From Arcobacteraceae bacterium (GTDB lineage Bacteria > Campylobacterota > Campylobacteria > Campylobacterales > Arcobacteraceae), in NCBI GenBank assembly GCA_048268245.1, contig JBLWVX010000005.1:10186-74185 (forward strand): 64,000 nt of DNA. The letters run 5' to 3'. The notes beneath the pieces were generated by a model that saw only the letters and a program-made list of their open reading frames with translations, made no database searches and was not told the DNA's origin. This document shows positions 30,344 to 40,340 of the stretch, piece after piece (within the stretch, counting starts at the first letter, position 1; every line of letters begins with the position of its first letter). The position numbers and the translations under genes were made by a program.

Positions 30344-30676
30344 ATGGGTAAAGCAATATTAAAATTTATTAGACTTTCTCCTACAAAAGCAAGATTAATT
30401 GCTAGAGAAGTTCAAGGTATGAATGCTGAGTATGCTATCGCATCTTTAGAATTTACTCCTAACAAAGCTGCTGGAATCATCTCAAAAGTTATTGCATCTG
30501 CAGTAGCAAATGCTGGTTTAGAGCCAGAAGAAGCTGTAATTACTTCAGCTAGAGTTGACAAAGGTCCAGTTCTTAAGAGATTTACTCCAAGAGCTAGAGG
30601 TAGTGCATCACCTAAGCACAAACCAACTGCACACATTATGATTGAAGTAGCGGCTGCTGAAAAAGGAGACAAGTAA
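30344..30676 (+). CDS. rplV: 50S ribosomal protein L22
   Basis: [20 protein letters not shown]. Confidence 0.98.
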   Translation: MGKAILKFIRLSPTKARLIAREVQGMNAEYAIASLEFTPNKAAGIISKVIASAVANAGLEPEEAVITSARVDKGPVLKRFTPRARGSASPKHKPTAHIMIEVAAAEKGDK

Positions 30677-31374
30677 TGGGTCAAAAAGTTAATCCAATAG
30701 GTTTAAGACTAGGTATCAATAGAAACTGGGAATCAAGATGGTTTCCTAAATTTTCTAACATGCCAGCAAACGTTGCTGAAGATGATAAAATTAGAAAGTT
30801 CGTTAAGAAAGAGTTATACTATGCAGGTGTTGCTCAAACTATCGTAGAAAGAACTGCTAAGAAAATTAGAGTTACTATCGTAGCTGCTAGACCTGGTATC
30901 ATCATTGGTAAAAAAGGTGCTGACGTTGAGAAGTTAAAAGTTAATCTTTCTAATTTAGTTGGAAAAGAAATCGCTGTTAACATCAAAGAAGAGAGAAAGC
31001 CTCAACTTTCTGGTCAATTATCTGCTGAAAATGTTGCTCAACAATTAGAAAGAAGAGTTGCATTCAGAAGAGCTATGAAGAGAGTTATGCAAAACGCTTT
31101 AAAATCTGGTGCTAAAGGTATCAAGGTTTCTGTTTCTGGTAGACTTGGTGGAGCTGAAATGGCTAGAACTGAGTGGTACTTAGAGGGTAGAGTTCCTTTA
31201 CATACTTTAAGAGCTAAGATCGATTACGGATTCGCTGAAGCTCATACAACTTATGGTTGTATCGGTATTAAAGTTTGGATCTTCAAAGGTGAAATTCTTG
31301 CAAAAGGAATTCCAGCTGAGAGAACTGAAGAGCCTAAGCAAAAGAGAAGACCAAGTAAGAGAAGAGGTAAATAA
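30676..31374 (+). CDS. rpsC: 30S ribosomal protein S3
   Basis: [25 protein letters not shown]. Confidence 0.98.
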   Translation: MGQKVNPIGLRLGINRNWESRWFPKFSNMPANVAEDDKIRKFVKKELYYAGVAQTIVERTAKKIRVTIVAARPGIIIGKKGADVEKLKVNLSNLVGKEIAVNIKEERKPQLSGQLSAENVAQQLERRVAFRRAMKRVMQNALKSGAKGIKVSVSGRLGGAEMARTEWYLEGRVPLHTLRAKIDYGFAEAHTTYGCIGIKVWIFKGEILAKGIPAERTEEPKQKRRPSKRRGK

Positions 31375-31376
31375 TT

Positions 31377-31802
31377 ATGTTAATGCCTAAAAGAACAAAA
31401 TATAGAAAAATGATGAAAGGCCGAAACAGAGGTAAAGCCCATAGAGGTAATACTTTAGCATACGGTGACATCGGACTTAAAGCTGTTGAACACGGAAGAA
31501 TTGATTCAAGACAAATCGAAGCTTCTAGGGTTGCAATGACTAGAAAAGTTAAGAGACAAGCGAAAGTTTGGATTACTGTATTCCCAGATAAGCCACTTAC
31601 TGCTAAGCCATTAGAAACAAGAATGGGTAAAGGTAAAGGTGCTGTTGATAAATGGGTTATGAACATTAAGCCTGGAAGAATTTGTTTTGAAATGGCAGGT
31701 GTTAGTGATGAGTTAGCAAGAGAAGCTTTAACTTTAGCACAACATAAATTACCATTTAAAACTAAAATTGTAACAAGAGATAGCGAAAATGAACTATACT
31801 GA
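31377..31802 (+). CDS. rplP: 50S ribosomal protein L16
   Basis: [18 protein letters not shown]. Confidence 0.98.
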   Translation: MLMPKRTKYRKMMKGRNRGKAHRGNTLAYGDIGLKAVEHGRIDSRQIEASRVAMTRKVKRQAKVWITVFPDKPLTAKPLETRMGKGKGAVDKWVMNIKPGRICFEMAGVSDELAREALTLAQHKLPFKTKIVTRDSENELY

Positions 31803-31980
31803 TTTAAAAGACAAAAGCCTAAACGAGCTTCAAGAGTTATTAAAAGAGAAAAAGGTGCTTCTTTTTGAATTAAAAGCTAAGCTAAAAACTATGCAGTTAA
31901 CAAATACATCTGAATTAAGAGTAGCGAAGAAAGATATCGCAAAAATTCAAACAGCAATTACTGCAGCAAAAGCTAACTAA
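31789..31980 (+). CDS. rpmC: 50S ribosomal protein L29
   Basis: [14 protein letters not shown]; operon position. Confidence 0.96.
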   Translation: MNYTDLKDKSLNELQELLKEKKVLLFELKAKLKTMQLTNTSELRVAKKDIAKIQTAITAAKAN

Positions 31981-31991
31981 GGATCCAAAGT

Positions 31992-32243
31992 ATGACACAT
32001 AAAAGAGAGATTCAAGGTGTAGTGGTAAAAAAATCTGGAGATAAAACAGCATCTATTTTAGTTACTAGATACGTTTTACACCCAAGATATCACAAGACTG
32101 TAAAAAGATTTAAAAAATATTTAATTCATGATGAAAGAAATGAGTTAAATGAAGGTGACAAAGTTATCGCTGTTGAGTGTAGACCTTTATCAAAAACTAA
32201 GTCTTTCAGATTAAAAACTATTGTTGCTACAGGAGTTAAGTAA
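31992..32243 (+). CDS. rpsQ: 30S ribosomal protein S17
   Basis: [19 protein letters not shown]. Confidence 0.98.
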   Translation: MTHKREIQGVVVKKSGDKTASILVTRYVLHPRYHKTVKRFKKYLIHDERNELNEGDKVIAVECRPLSKTKSFRLKTIVATGVK

Positions 32244-32611
32244 TGATTCAAAGTTTTTCAAGATTAAACGTAGCTGATAACACAGGTGCTAAAGAGATCA
32301 TGTGTATCAAAGTTCTTGGTGGATCTAAGAGAAGATATGCATCTGTAGGTGATGTAATTGTTGCTTCTGTTAAAAAAGCTTTACCAACTGGAAAAGTTAA
32401 AAAAGGTCAAGTAGTTAAAGCAGTAGTTGTTAGAACTCATAAAGAAGTTCAAAGAGAAAATGGTTCATTAATCAGATTTGACGACAATGCAGCAGTAATT
32501 TTAGATGCTAAAAAAGACCCAATTGGTACAAGAATCTTTGGACCTGTTGCTAGAGAAGTTAGATATTCAGGTTTCATGAAAATCGTTTCACTTGCACCGG
32601 AGGTATTATAA
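32243..32611 (+). CDS. rplN: 50S ribosomal protein L14
   Basis: [23 protein letters not shown]. Confidence 0.98.
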   Translation: MIQSFSRLNVADNTGAKEIMCIKVLGGSKRRYASVGDVIVASVKKALPTGKVKKGQVVKAVVVRTHKEVQRENGSLIRFDDNAAVILDAKKDPIGTRIFGPVAREVRYSGFMKIVSLAPEVL

Positions 32612-32612
32612 T

Positions 32613-32852
32613 ATGGCAATTAAATTAAAAATCAAAAAAGGTGATACTGTAAAAATTATCGCTGGTGATGACAAAGGTAAAACTGGTGAAGTTTTAGCTG
32701 TATTACCAAAAGAAATGAAAGTAATCGTTAAAGATTGTAAAGTTGCTAAAAAAACTGTTAAGCCTGATCAAGAAAAAAACCCAGAAGGTGGTTTTGTAAA
32801 CAAAGAAATGCCTATTGATATTTCAAATGTAGCAAAAGTAGAAGGTGAGTAA
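32613..32852 (+). CDS. rplX: 50S ribosomal protein L24
   Basis: [25 protein letters not shown]; start set at ATG 32613. Confidence 0.97.
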   Translation: MAIKLKIKKGDTVKIIAGDDKGKTGEVLAVLPKEMKVIVKDCKVAKKTVKPDQEKNPEGGFVNKEMPIDISNVAKVEGE

Positions 32853-32853
32853 A

Positions 32854-33402
32854 ATGGCAGCAAGATTATTAGAAAAATACAATGCAGAGATTAAACCAGC
32901 ATTAGAAGCTGAGTTCCCAAAAAACAAGATGTTAACTGCTAAGTTAGAAAAAGTAGTTATCTCTGTTGGTGCTGGGGAAGCTATGAAAGATAGTAAATTA
33001 ATGCAAAACATTGAAGATACTATCTCTTTAATTGCTGGTCAAAAATCAGTTAGAGTTATCGCTAAAAAATCAGTTGCTGGTTTTAAAGTAAGAGAAGGTT
33101 ATCCTGTAGGTGTTAAAGTTACACTTAGAGCTGAAAGAATGTATGAATTCTTAGACAAATTATGTTCTATTGCATTACCAAGAGTAAAAGACTTCCAAGG
33201 TTTAAACAGAAATGGTTTTGATGGAAGAGGAAACTTCAACTTCGGTTTAGATGAGCAGTTAATGTTCCCAGAAGTAGTTTATGATGATATTATCAAAACT
33301 CACGGTATGAATATTTCAATTTCTACTAGTGCTGATAATGATGCTGAAGCATTTAGATTATTAGAGTTAGCAGGAATTCCATTTACTAAAGGAAGAGCGT
33401 AA
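32854..33402 (+). CDS. rplE: 50S ribosomal protein L5
   Basis: GQK, FKVREG, LPRVKDF, FDGRGN; start set at ATG 32854. Confidence 0.97.
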   Translation: MAARLLEKYNAEIKPALEAEFPKNKMLTAKLEKVVISVGAGEAMKDSKLMQNIEDTISLIAGQKSVRVIAKKSVAGFKVREGYPVGVKVTLRAERMYEFLDKLCSIALPRVKDFQGLNRNGFDGRGNFNFGLDEQLMFPEVVYDDIIKTHGMNISISTSADNDAEAFRLLELAGIPFTKGRA

Positions 33403-33587
33403 TGGCAAAGAAATCTATGATTGCTAAGCAAAAGAGAACTCCTAAGTTCTCTTCAAGAGCATATACAAGATGTTCAGTGTGTGGTAGACCACACTCAGTA
33501 TACAGAGACTTCGGACTTTGTAGAGTTTGTTTAAGAAAAATGGCTAACGAAGGTTTATTACCTGGTGTTAGAAAAGCTAGTTGGTAG
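33402..33587 (+). CDS. rpsN: 30S ribosomal protein S14, zinc-binding type Z
   Basis: 61 aa, [18 protein letters not shown]. Confidence 0.97.
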   Translation: MAKKSMIAKQKRTPKFSSRAYTRCSVCGRPHSVYRDFGLCRVCLRKMANEGLLPGVRKASW

Positions 33588-33601
33588 GGAGAAAATAAGC
33601 T

Positions 33602-34000
33602 ATGATGAATGATATAATCGCAGATGCTTTAACTAGAATTAGAAATGCTGCAATGAGAAAATTAGATGTTGCAACATTATTACATTCGAACACTGTTGTT
33701 GGTATTTTAGAAGTATTACAACAAAAAGAGTATATTGAAAGTTACAAAGTTATTGATGGTGAGAACAACAAAAAAACTGTTCAGGTTACATTAAAATATG
33801 ATGATAATGATAACTCTGTAATTAACGAAATCAAAAGAATTTCTAAACCTGGAAGAAGAGTTTATAAACATTTTGATGAATTAAAAAACTTTAAAAATGG
33901 ATACGGTACAATCATTGTTACAACTAACAAGGGTGTTATTGCTAACGACGAAGCTTACGCTTCTAAAGTTGGTGGTGAAGTACTGTGTACAGTATGGTAG
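33602..34000 (+). CDS. rpsH: 30S ribosomal protein S8
   Basis: [24 protein letters not shown]. Confidence 0.98.
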   Translation: MMNDIIADALTRIRNAAMRKLDVATLLHSNTVVGILEVLQQKEYIESYKVIDGENNKKTVQVTLKYDDNDNSVINEIKRISKPGRRVYKHFDELKNFKNGYGTIIVTTNKGVIANDEAYASKVGGEVLCTVW

Positions 34001-34009
34001 GAGAGTGTA

Positions 34010-34543
34010 ATGTCTAGAATTGGAAAAAAACCTATCGCAATCCCTTCAGGGGTTGAAGTATCAGTTGATGGTACTATCGTAAACGTTAAAAAAGGGAATA
34101 AAACTATTCCTGTTGAAACTCATGGAAGAGTATCTGTAGAAATTGCTGATAACCAAGTTATTTTAGGTAAAGTTGGTGAAGCAAAAGAAGCAGCTGCATT
34201 CTGGGGAACTTATAGAGCATTAATTAACAATGCAGTTGATGGTTTATCTAAAGGTTTCCAAAAATCTTTAGAAATCAACGGTGTTGGTTATAGAGCTGCT
34301 GTAAAAGGTAAAGTTTTAGAGTTACAATTAGGATACTCTCACCCAATTAATTATGATATCCCAGAAGGATTAGAAATTACTGTTGAGAAAAACTTAATTC
34401 ACGTTAAAGGTGCAGACAAACAACAAGTTGGTCAAGCTGCTGCAATTATTAGAGGCTACAGAAAACCAGAACCGTACAAAGGTAAAGGTGTTAAGTATAC
34501 TGACGAGCATATCGTTAGAAAAGCCGGAAAAACTGCTAAGTAA
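34010..34543 (+). CDS. rplF: 50S ribosomal protein L6
   Basis: [23 protein letters not shown]. Confidence 0.98.
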   Translation: MSRIGKKPIAIPSGVEVSVDGTIVNVKKGNKTIPVETHGRVSVEIADNQVILGKVGEAKEAAAFWGTYRALINNAVDGLSKGFQKSLEINGVGYRAAVKGKVLELQLGYSHPINYDIPEGLEITVEKNLIHVKGADKQQVGQAAAIIRGYRKPEPYKGKGVKYTDEHIVRKAGKTAK

Positions 34544-34553
34544 GGTGTGAGTA

Positions 34554-34913
34554 ATGAGTAGAGCAAAAGATTTAGCAAAGAAAAATGCATTAAGAGCAAG
34601 AAGAAAAAGAAGAGTTAGAGGATCAATTTTTGGTACAGCTGAAAAGCCAAGAGTAACAATTTTTAAATCTAACAAATATGTAAGCGCTCAAGCGGTTAAC
34701 GATGTTGAAGGTGTAACTTTAGCAGCTGTTAGTTCTCAAAATATGGGACTTAGAGTAAGTAAAGAAAATGCAGTAAAAGTTGCAGCACAATTCGCTGAAA
34801 ACTTAAAGTCTGCTGGTATTGAAACAGTAGTATTTGATAGAAATGGGTACCTTTATCATGGTGTTGTTGCAGCTTTCGCTGACGCATTAAGAGAAAATGG
34901 TATTAAATTATAA
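34554..34913 (+). CDS. rplR: 50S ribosomal protein L18
   Basis: FDRNGYLYHG. Confidence 0.97.
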   Translation: MSRAKDLAKKNALRARRKRRVRGSIFGTAEKPRVTIFKSNKYVSAQAVNDVEGVTLAAVSSQNMGLRVSKENAVKVAAQFAENLKSAGIETVVFDRNGYLYHGVVAAFADALRENGIKL

Positions 34914-34919
34914 GGGTTA

Positions 34920-35363
34920 ATGATGGCAGTAAATAGAGAAGACTTTCAAGAAGCAATCGTTAAAATCGGAAGAGTAACAAAAGTTGTAAAGGGTGGTAGA
35001 AGATTCAGATTTACAGCTTTAGTTGTTGTTGGAGATAAAAACGGAACAGTTGGATTTGGTACAGGAAAAGCTAAAGAGGTTCCTGATGCAATTAAAAAAG
35101 CTTTAGATGATGCATTTAAATCTTTAGTAAAAGTTAGTATTAATGGTACAACTATTGCACACGATATTGAACACAAATATAACGCATCTAAAATCTTATT
35201 AAAACCAGCATCTGAAGGTACAGGACTTATCGCAGGTGGTGCGGCAAGACCAGTTCTTGAACTTTCTGGAGTTAAAGATATTATTGCAAAATCTTTAGGT
35301 TCAAATAATCCAAATAACCTTGTACAAGCTACAGTTGAAGCTTTAGCAAGAATCAAAGGATAG
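34920..35363 (+). CDS. rpsE: 30S ribosomal protein S5
   Basis: [19 protein letters not shown]. Confidence 0.98.
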   Translation: MMAVNREDFQEAIVKIGRVTKVVKGGRRFRFTALVVVGDKNGTVGFGTGKAKEVPDAIKKALDDAFKSLVKVSINGTTIAHDIEHKYNASKILLKPASEGTGLIAGGAARPVLELSGVKDIIAKSLGSNNPNNLVQATVEALARIKG

Positions 35364-35367
35364 TAAG

Positions 35368-35766
35368 ATGGCATTAGAAAATTTACAACCAGCTCCTGGT
35401 AGTACAAAAAACAGAAAAAGAGTAGGTAGAGGTCAAGGTTCTGGAACTGGTAAGACTTCTGCTAGAGGACAAAAAGGTCAAAAATCTAGATCTGGTTACA
35501 AGATCAAGAGAGGATTTGAAGGTGGTCAAATGCCAATGCAAAAAAGACTTCCTAAGATTGGATTCTTCTCAAGAACAGTTAAGCCTTACTCTATCAACGT
35601 TGATAAAGTAAAAGCAGTTGCTGAACTTGAAGAGATTACAGTTGAGTCAATCAAATCTGTATACAAATTATCTAAATCAGTTGTTAAAGTTAAATTAATT
35701 GGAGCTGCTGCAAAAGATTTAGTATCTAAAATTAAAGACGAAAACGTAACAACTACTGGAAAATAA
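35368..35766 (+). CDS. rplO: 50S ribosomal protein L15
   Basis: [18 protein letters not shown]. Confidence 0.98.
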   Translation: MALENLQPAPGSTKNRKRVGRGQGSGTGKTSARGQKGQKSRSGYKIKRGFEGGQMPMQKRLPKIGFFSRTVKPYSINVDKVKAVAELEEITVESIKSVYKLSKSVVKVKLIGAAAKDLVSKIKDENVTTTGK

Positions 35767-35768
35767 TT

Positions 35769-37031
35769 ATGAGTAAAGATCTAATAAATAAGATTCTTAT
35801 TACATTAGGTTTTATTTTACTTTACAGGTTACTGGCATACGTGCCAGTACCTGGTGTAAATATAGACGTAGTTAAAGAATTCTTCGATTCAAATGCAAAT
35901 AATGCATTAGGTCTTGTAAATATGTTTAGTGGTAATGCAGTTGAAAGACTGTCTATTATCTCACTAGGAATTATGCCTTACATCACGGCTTCTATTATTA
36001 TGGAACTATTAGCCGCAACTTTCCCTGCACTTGGTAAAATGAAAAAAGAGAGAGATGGTATGCAAAAATATATGCAAATCATCAGATATACAACTATTGT
36101 TATTACATTAATTCAATCTATTGGTGTATCAATGGGATTAAACTCTTTAACAGGACAAAGTGGACAAAGTGCGATTTCAATTGATATGAATACATTTATA
36201 TTTGTGTCTTCTGTATCTATGTTAACAGGTACTATGCTTCTTATGTGGATTGGTGAACAAATCACACAAAAAGGTATAGGTAATGGTATTTCATTAATTA
36301 TCTTCGCTGGTATTGTATCTGCAATCCCAAGTGCAATTGGTGGAACTATTGACTTAGTTAATAATGGACAAATGAACTTCTTAACAGTTATTGCAATTAT
36401 TGTAATTATTTTAGCTACTGTTGGAGCTATTATTTATGTTGAGTTAGGTGAGAGAAGAGTTCCTGTATCATATTCAAGAAAAGTAATGATGCAAAATCAA
36501 AACAAAAGAGTTATGAATTATATTCCTATTAAGGTTAACTTATCAGGTGTAATTCCAGCTATTTTTGCAAGTGCGATTTTAATGTTCCCTGCAACTGTTT
36601 TACAGGGATCACAAAATGAATACTTATTAGTAATTGCTGACTATTTAAGTCCAAGTTCTTATACATTTAATGTATTTATGTTCTTATTTGTAGTTTTCTT
36701 TGCATTCTTCTATGCATCAATTACATTTAATGCAAAAGACATTTCTGAGAACTTAAAAAAACAAGGTGGATTTATTCCAGGTGTAAGACCAGGAGCAAGT
36801 ACAGCTGAGTTTTTAAATGAGACTGCAAGTAGATTAACATTCTGGGGTGCATTATATTTAGGTGCTATCTCAACTGTTCCTTGGCTAATTGTTAAAGGAA
36901 TGGGTGTACCATTCTATTTTGGTGGTGTTGCAGTATTAATTGTTGTTCAAGTTGCAATTGATACAATGAGAAAAATTGAAGCACAACAGTACACTAATAA
37001 ATATCAAACTTTAAGTGCAGTAGGTCTATAA
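35769..37031 (+). CDS. secY: Preprotein translocase subunit SecY
   Basis: LGIMPYITASII, GIGNGISLIIF, FIPGVRPG. Confidence 0.98.
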   Translation: MSKDLINKILITLGFILLYRLLAYVPVPGVNIDVVKEFFDSNANNALGLVNMFSGNAVERLSIISLGIMPYITASIIMELLAATFPALGKMKKERDGMQKYMQIIRYTTIVITLIQSIGVSMGLNSLTGQSGQSAISIDMNTFIFVSSVSMLTGTMLLMWIGEQITQKGIGNGISLIIFAGIVSAIPSAIGGTIDLVNNGQMNFLTVIAIIVIILATVGAIIYVELGERRVPVSYSRKVMMQNQNKRVMNYIPIKVNLSGVIPAIFASAILMFPATVLQGSQNEYLLVIADYLSPSSYTFNVFMFLFVVFFAFFYASITFNAKDISENLKKQGGFIPGVRPGASTAEFLNETASRLTFWGALYLGAISTVPWLIVKGMGVPFYFGGVAVLIVVQVAIDTMRKIEAQQYTNKYQTLSAVGL

Positions 37032-37033
37032 AA

Positions 37034-37798
37034 ATGGCTATTCCAATTAGAAAACCTAACGAAATAGCTAAACTTAAAGCAGCAAATGAAATTGTTGCTA
37101 AAACACTTAATTATCTTAGAGAAAACGTAAAACCTGGCATGACTTTATTAGAAGTCGATGCCATGGGTGATAAGTTTTTAAGAGACTTAGGGGCAAGACC
37201 ATCTTTCAAAGGTCTTTATGGTTTCCCTAATTCTGTATGTACTTCATTAAATGAAGTAATAATTCACGGAATACCAGATGATACTGTTTTAAAAGAGGGC
37301 GATATTCTTGGCCTTGATATTGGAACAGAACTTGATGGTTGGTATGGTGATTCTGCGATAACAATGCCAATTGGAAAAATATCAAAAGAAGATGAAGAAT
37401 TAATTGCTTGTGCAAAAGACTCTTTATATTATGCTATTGATATTATTCATGAAGGTATGAGATTCAAAGAACTTTCAAAAGCTATTGAAGAATTTATCGT
37501 TGCTAGAGGTTATCAACCACTAGTAAGATTTTGTGGTCATGGAATTGGAAAGAAACCTCATGATGAGCCAGAGATTCCAAACTACTTAGAGAATGGTAGT
37601 CCAAAATCTGGACCAAAAATTAAAAACGGTATGGTATTTTGTTTAGAACCTATGATTTGTCATAAAGATAGAGAACCAGTTATTTTAGAAAATGATTGGG
37701 ATGTTGTATCAAGAGATGGATTAAGAGGTAGCCATTACGAGCATACAGTTGCTGTTGTTGATGGTAAAGCAGTTATTTTAAGTACAGTTGAAAACTAG
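37034..37798 (+). CDS. map: Methionine aminopeptidase type I
   Basis: HGIP, GDSA, GHGIG, LEPMI, HYEHT. Confidence 0.97.
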   Translation: MAIPIRKPNEIAKLKAANEIVAKTLNYLRENVKPGMTLLEVDAMGDKFLRDLGARPSFKGLYGFPNSVCTSLNEVIIHGIPDDTVLKEGDILGLDIGTELDGWYGDSAITMPIGKISKEDEELIACAKDSLYYAIDIIHEGMRFKELSKAIEEFIVARGYQPLVRFCGHGIGKKPHDEPEIPNYLENGSPKSGPKIKNGMVFCLEPMICHKDREPVILENDWDVVSRDGLRGSHYEHTVAVVDGKAVILSTVEN

Positions 37799-37812
37799 GG
37801 AGAACATAAAAA

Positions 37813-38031
37813 GTGGCAAAAGATGATGTAATTGTAATTGATGGTAAGGTTATTGAGGCTTTACCTAATGCAATGTTTAGAGTTGAATTAGACAATGGTC
37901 ATGTAGTATTATGTCATATCTCAGGAAAAATGAGAATGCACTACATTAAAATTTTACCAGGTGATAAGGTTAAAGTAGAAATTACTCCTTATTCATTAGA
38001 TAAAGGTAGAATTACTCACAGATATAAATAA
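37813..38031 (+). CDS. infA: Translation initiation factor IF-1
   Basis: [23 protein letters not shown]. Confidence 0.98.
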   Translation: MAKDDVIVIDGKVIEALPNAMFRVELDNGHVVLCHISGKMRMHYIKILPGDKVKVEITPYSLDKGRITHRYK

Positions 38032-38048
38032 GGATTTTTCCTTATTTA
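38025..38048 (+). terminator. Terminator of the ribosomal protein operon
   Basis: TAAATAAGGA-TTTT-TCCTTATTTA followed by a T run. Confidence 0.65.
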
Positions 38049-38063
38049 TATTTTTTTGGTTTC

Positions 38064-38159
38064 ATAAAATATACAAAACTATGAAGCCCTAACAATTAAT
38101 ATTTCGCGCACTTTAAAAAGTTTACTAAAGGCTATGGCTTCATAGTTTTATATATTTAT
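38064..38159. repeat. Long inverted repeat with 47-bp spacer
   Basis: AAAACTATGAAGCC (38075-38088) / GGCTTCATAGTTTT (38136-38149), perfect 14 bp, extendable to ~24 bp. Confidence 0.8.
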
Positions 38160-38160
38160 A

Positions 38161-38370
38161 TTATACTCTTTTCTTGGTTAGACTTATCTCATGTTCAATT
38201 ATTTCTTTTTGTTTTATAAGAATCTCAAGGTTTTTTTTTAGCAGTTCTTTATCTTTATATGAATTAATTATAAATTCATAAAGTTTAGGTCTATTTTTTT
38301 TCCAATTATGCAGGGTTGTTTTATTTACTTCTAAATCTTCTTCTAATCTTCTAAGACTTGGTGATGTCAT
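38161..38370 (-). CDS. Small HTH + coiled-coil protein
   Basis: LRRLEEDLEVNKTTLHNWKK HTH-like segment followed by heptad leucines; AGGG RBS. Confidence 0.65.
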   Translation of the reverse strand: MTSPSLRRLEEDLEVNKTTLHNWKKNRPKLYEFIINSYKDKELLKKNLEILIKQKEIIEHEISLTKKRV

Positions 38371-38497
38371 TTTTATTTTCCCTAAAAATATTTAGCTTAT
38401 TTTATAAAATATTGGAACAAATGTCAAGTAATAATATGATTTTATACAAATAATTGGAACAAATAGTTAACAAAGTAAGATTTTTGTACAATTTTGT

Positions 38498-39169
38498 ATG
38501 ACAAAATCAACTAAATATAAATTATTACATCATTTAAAATTTTTAAAATCTATTGGGTATTCTTATCATGAACCAATTAACTTCATATCAAATGAAATTA
38601 ATGGTTTTAATTTACCAAATAATTTAGAATTACTTAAAAATAGTGTTGAAAACTGCTACTTATGTGAATTATCAAAAAGTAGAAAAAATACTGTTTTTGC
38701 TGGTGGTAATATAAATGCTAAGATCATGTTTATCTCAGACTTTCCTGGAAGTTTGGAAGATGAAACAGGAAAAATATTCGTAGGTAAAACAGGTGAATTA
38801 CTTACTAAGATGATTGAAAATGTTTTAAATATAAAAAGAGAAGAAGTTTATATTGCAAATGTTTTAAAATGTAAGCCTATAAATACGACCTCTTTTAGTA
38901 ATGAAGCTAATCTTTGTAAATCCTATTTATTTAAACAAATTGAATTAGTTAAACCAAAAATTATTGTCACTTTAGGAGAAAATGCTTATAAGTATTTAAC
39001 AAATGAGGATGTGAATATAAATATGTTAAGAGGTCAAACAATAAACTATAAAGATATGGTGTTAATACCAACTTTTCATCCTAGCTTTTTATTAAGAAAT
39101 CCTTCTTCTAAAAAAGATGCATATGTTGATATGCTAAAAATCAAAAATCAATTGGAGTCTTTAAATTGA
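38498..39169 (+). CDS. Family 4 uracil-DNA glycosylase (Fe-S)
   Basis: CYLC, PG.LED.TG..FVG, NVLKCKP, TLG, TFHPSFLLRNP. Confidence 0.88.
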   Translation: MTKSTKYKLLHHLKFLKSIGYSYHEPINFISNEINGFNLPNNLELLKNSVENCYLCELSKSRKNTVFAGGNINAKIMFISDFPGSLEDETGKIFVGKTGELLTKMIENVLNIKREEVYIANVLKCKPINTTSFSNEANLCKSYLFKQIELVKPKIIVTLGENAYKYLTNEDVNINMLRGQTINYKDMVLIPTFHPSFLLRNPSSKKDAYVDMLKIKNQLESLN

Positions 39170-40296
39170 AACAGTTATTAAGTATTATATTTGTAGCAGC
39201 TATTTTTATCGGTTGTACACCTAAGCAAGAAGTTGAAATTAATATTCCTCAAAAGGAATTAAATGAGCAATTAGGTAAGCCTATTACAAATAATTTTGAA
39301 TTAGGTCAGAGTGTTGGTGAAGAAGTAGAAGAGTTTGATCCTTTAGGTATTGAAGAGAATGAATTTAGCTTAGAGGGTTCACAAAAGTCAGTTAATATAG
39401 CTGTTGTTTACGCTTCTAGAGTAGTAGGTAACTATGCAAAAAGCTCAGTAAATACAATTTTAGGGTATTTGTCTTTTATGAATGCAAGTTATAATATAAA
39501 AGTTTATGATACTGAAAATGAAAAACCAGAGAATATTACAAAAGCATTTGAAGATTTAAAAACTGATGGATATGAAAAAGTTATTGCTTTATTTACTCCA
39601 AAAGCAGCAAATACACTTCATAGTTTAGATAGCTCTTCACTAAGTGTTTTTCTTCCTTTAAGTAATAAAGAAGACTATGAAACATACAATGATAACTTTA
39701 TCTATGGTGCTATTTCTTATGATAAGCAGATACAAAAACTTTTAGAGTATTCAAATACTAAAAATACTATGTTTTATCAAGAATCATATATTGGTAAAAA
39801 ATTAAAAGAAAAATATGAAAAGCAAGTTCCTAATACTATAATAACAAAACTAATTAAAAATAAAAGAAACTATTTTAAAGCTATAGTAAAAGATTATAAG
39901 TTAAATAATTCCACACTATTTTTAAATACTAAAATTGTTAAGACATCTATTGTTTTATCTCAATTGAGAGCATACGAAACTACACCAAAAGTTATTTTAT
40001 CAACACAGTTAAATTTTAATCCAAAAATTATTGCATTGACTCAAGAAAAGGATAGAAGTAATTTTGTTGTAGCAAGTTCAATTGATAAAGTTGATGACAA
40101 GTTAATTGATACAATTAAAATGTATGGTGGAGATATTGAGTACAATTGGGTGGATTATTCAACACTAGTTGGTGTTCATTATTTATTTGAATCTAATAAA
40201 TCAAATGGAATTAATACATTGATTGAAGATAATAAAGTTGTTTATGAACCAAAACTATACAAAACAACTAGATTTGGTTTTTTAGAAATTAAGTAA
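39166..40296 (+). CDS. Lipoprotein, periplasmic-binding/LpoA-like fold (tentative)
   Basis: Lipobox FIGC; IAVVY, VYDTENE pattern. Confidence 0.65.
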   Translation: MKQLLSIIFVAAIFIGCTPKQEVEINIPQKELNEQLGKPITNNFELGQSVGEEVEEFDPLGIEENEFSLEGSQKSVNIAVVYASRVVGNYAKSSVNTILGYLSFMNASYNIKVYDTENEKPENITKAFEDLKTDGYEKVIALFTPKAANTLHSLDSSSLSVFLPLSNKEDYETYNDNFIYGAISYDKQIQKLLEYSNTKNTMFYQESYIGKKLKEKYEKQVPNTIITKLIKNKRNYFKAIVKDYKLNNSTLFLNTKIVKTSIVLSQLRAYETTPKVILSTQLNFNPKIIALTQEKDRSNFVVASSIDKVDDKLIDTIKMYGGDIEYNWVDYSTLVGVHYLFESNKSNGINTLIEDNKVVYEPKLYKTTRFGFLEIK

Positions 40297-40340
40297 AAGT
40301 TAGATAAAATCGCGCATATTTATTATTTATGGAGTTTGAA

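Noticed and set aside
35363..35368. No rpmD (L30) between rpsE and rplO
   Set aside because: Normal for Campylobacterota, not a novel loss
29173..37415. Minus-strand ORFs inside the ribosomal operon (e.g. 29173-29430, 30412-30684, 31334-31666, 34946-35407)
   Set aside because: Antisense shadows of highly biased, conserved genes; no RBS or recognisable motifs
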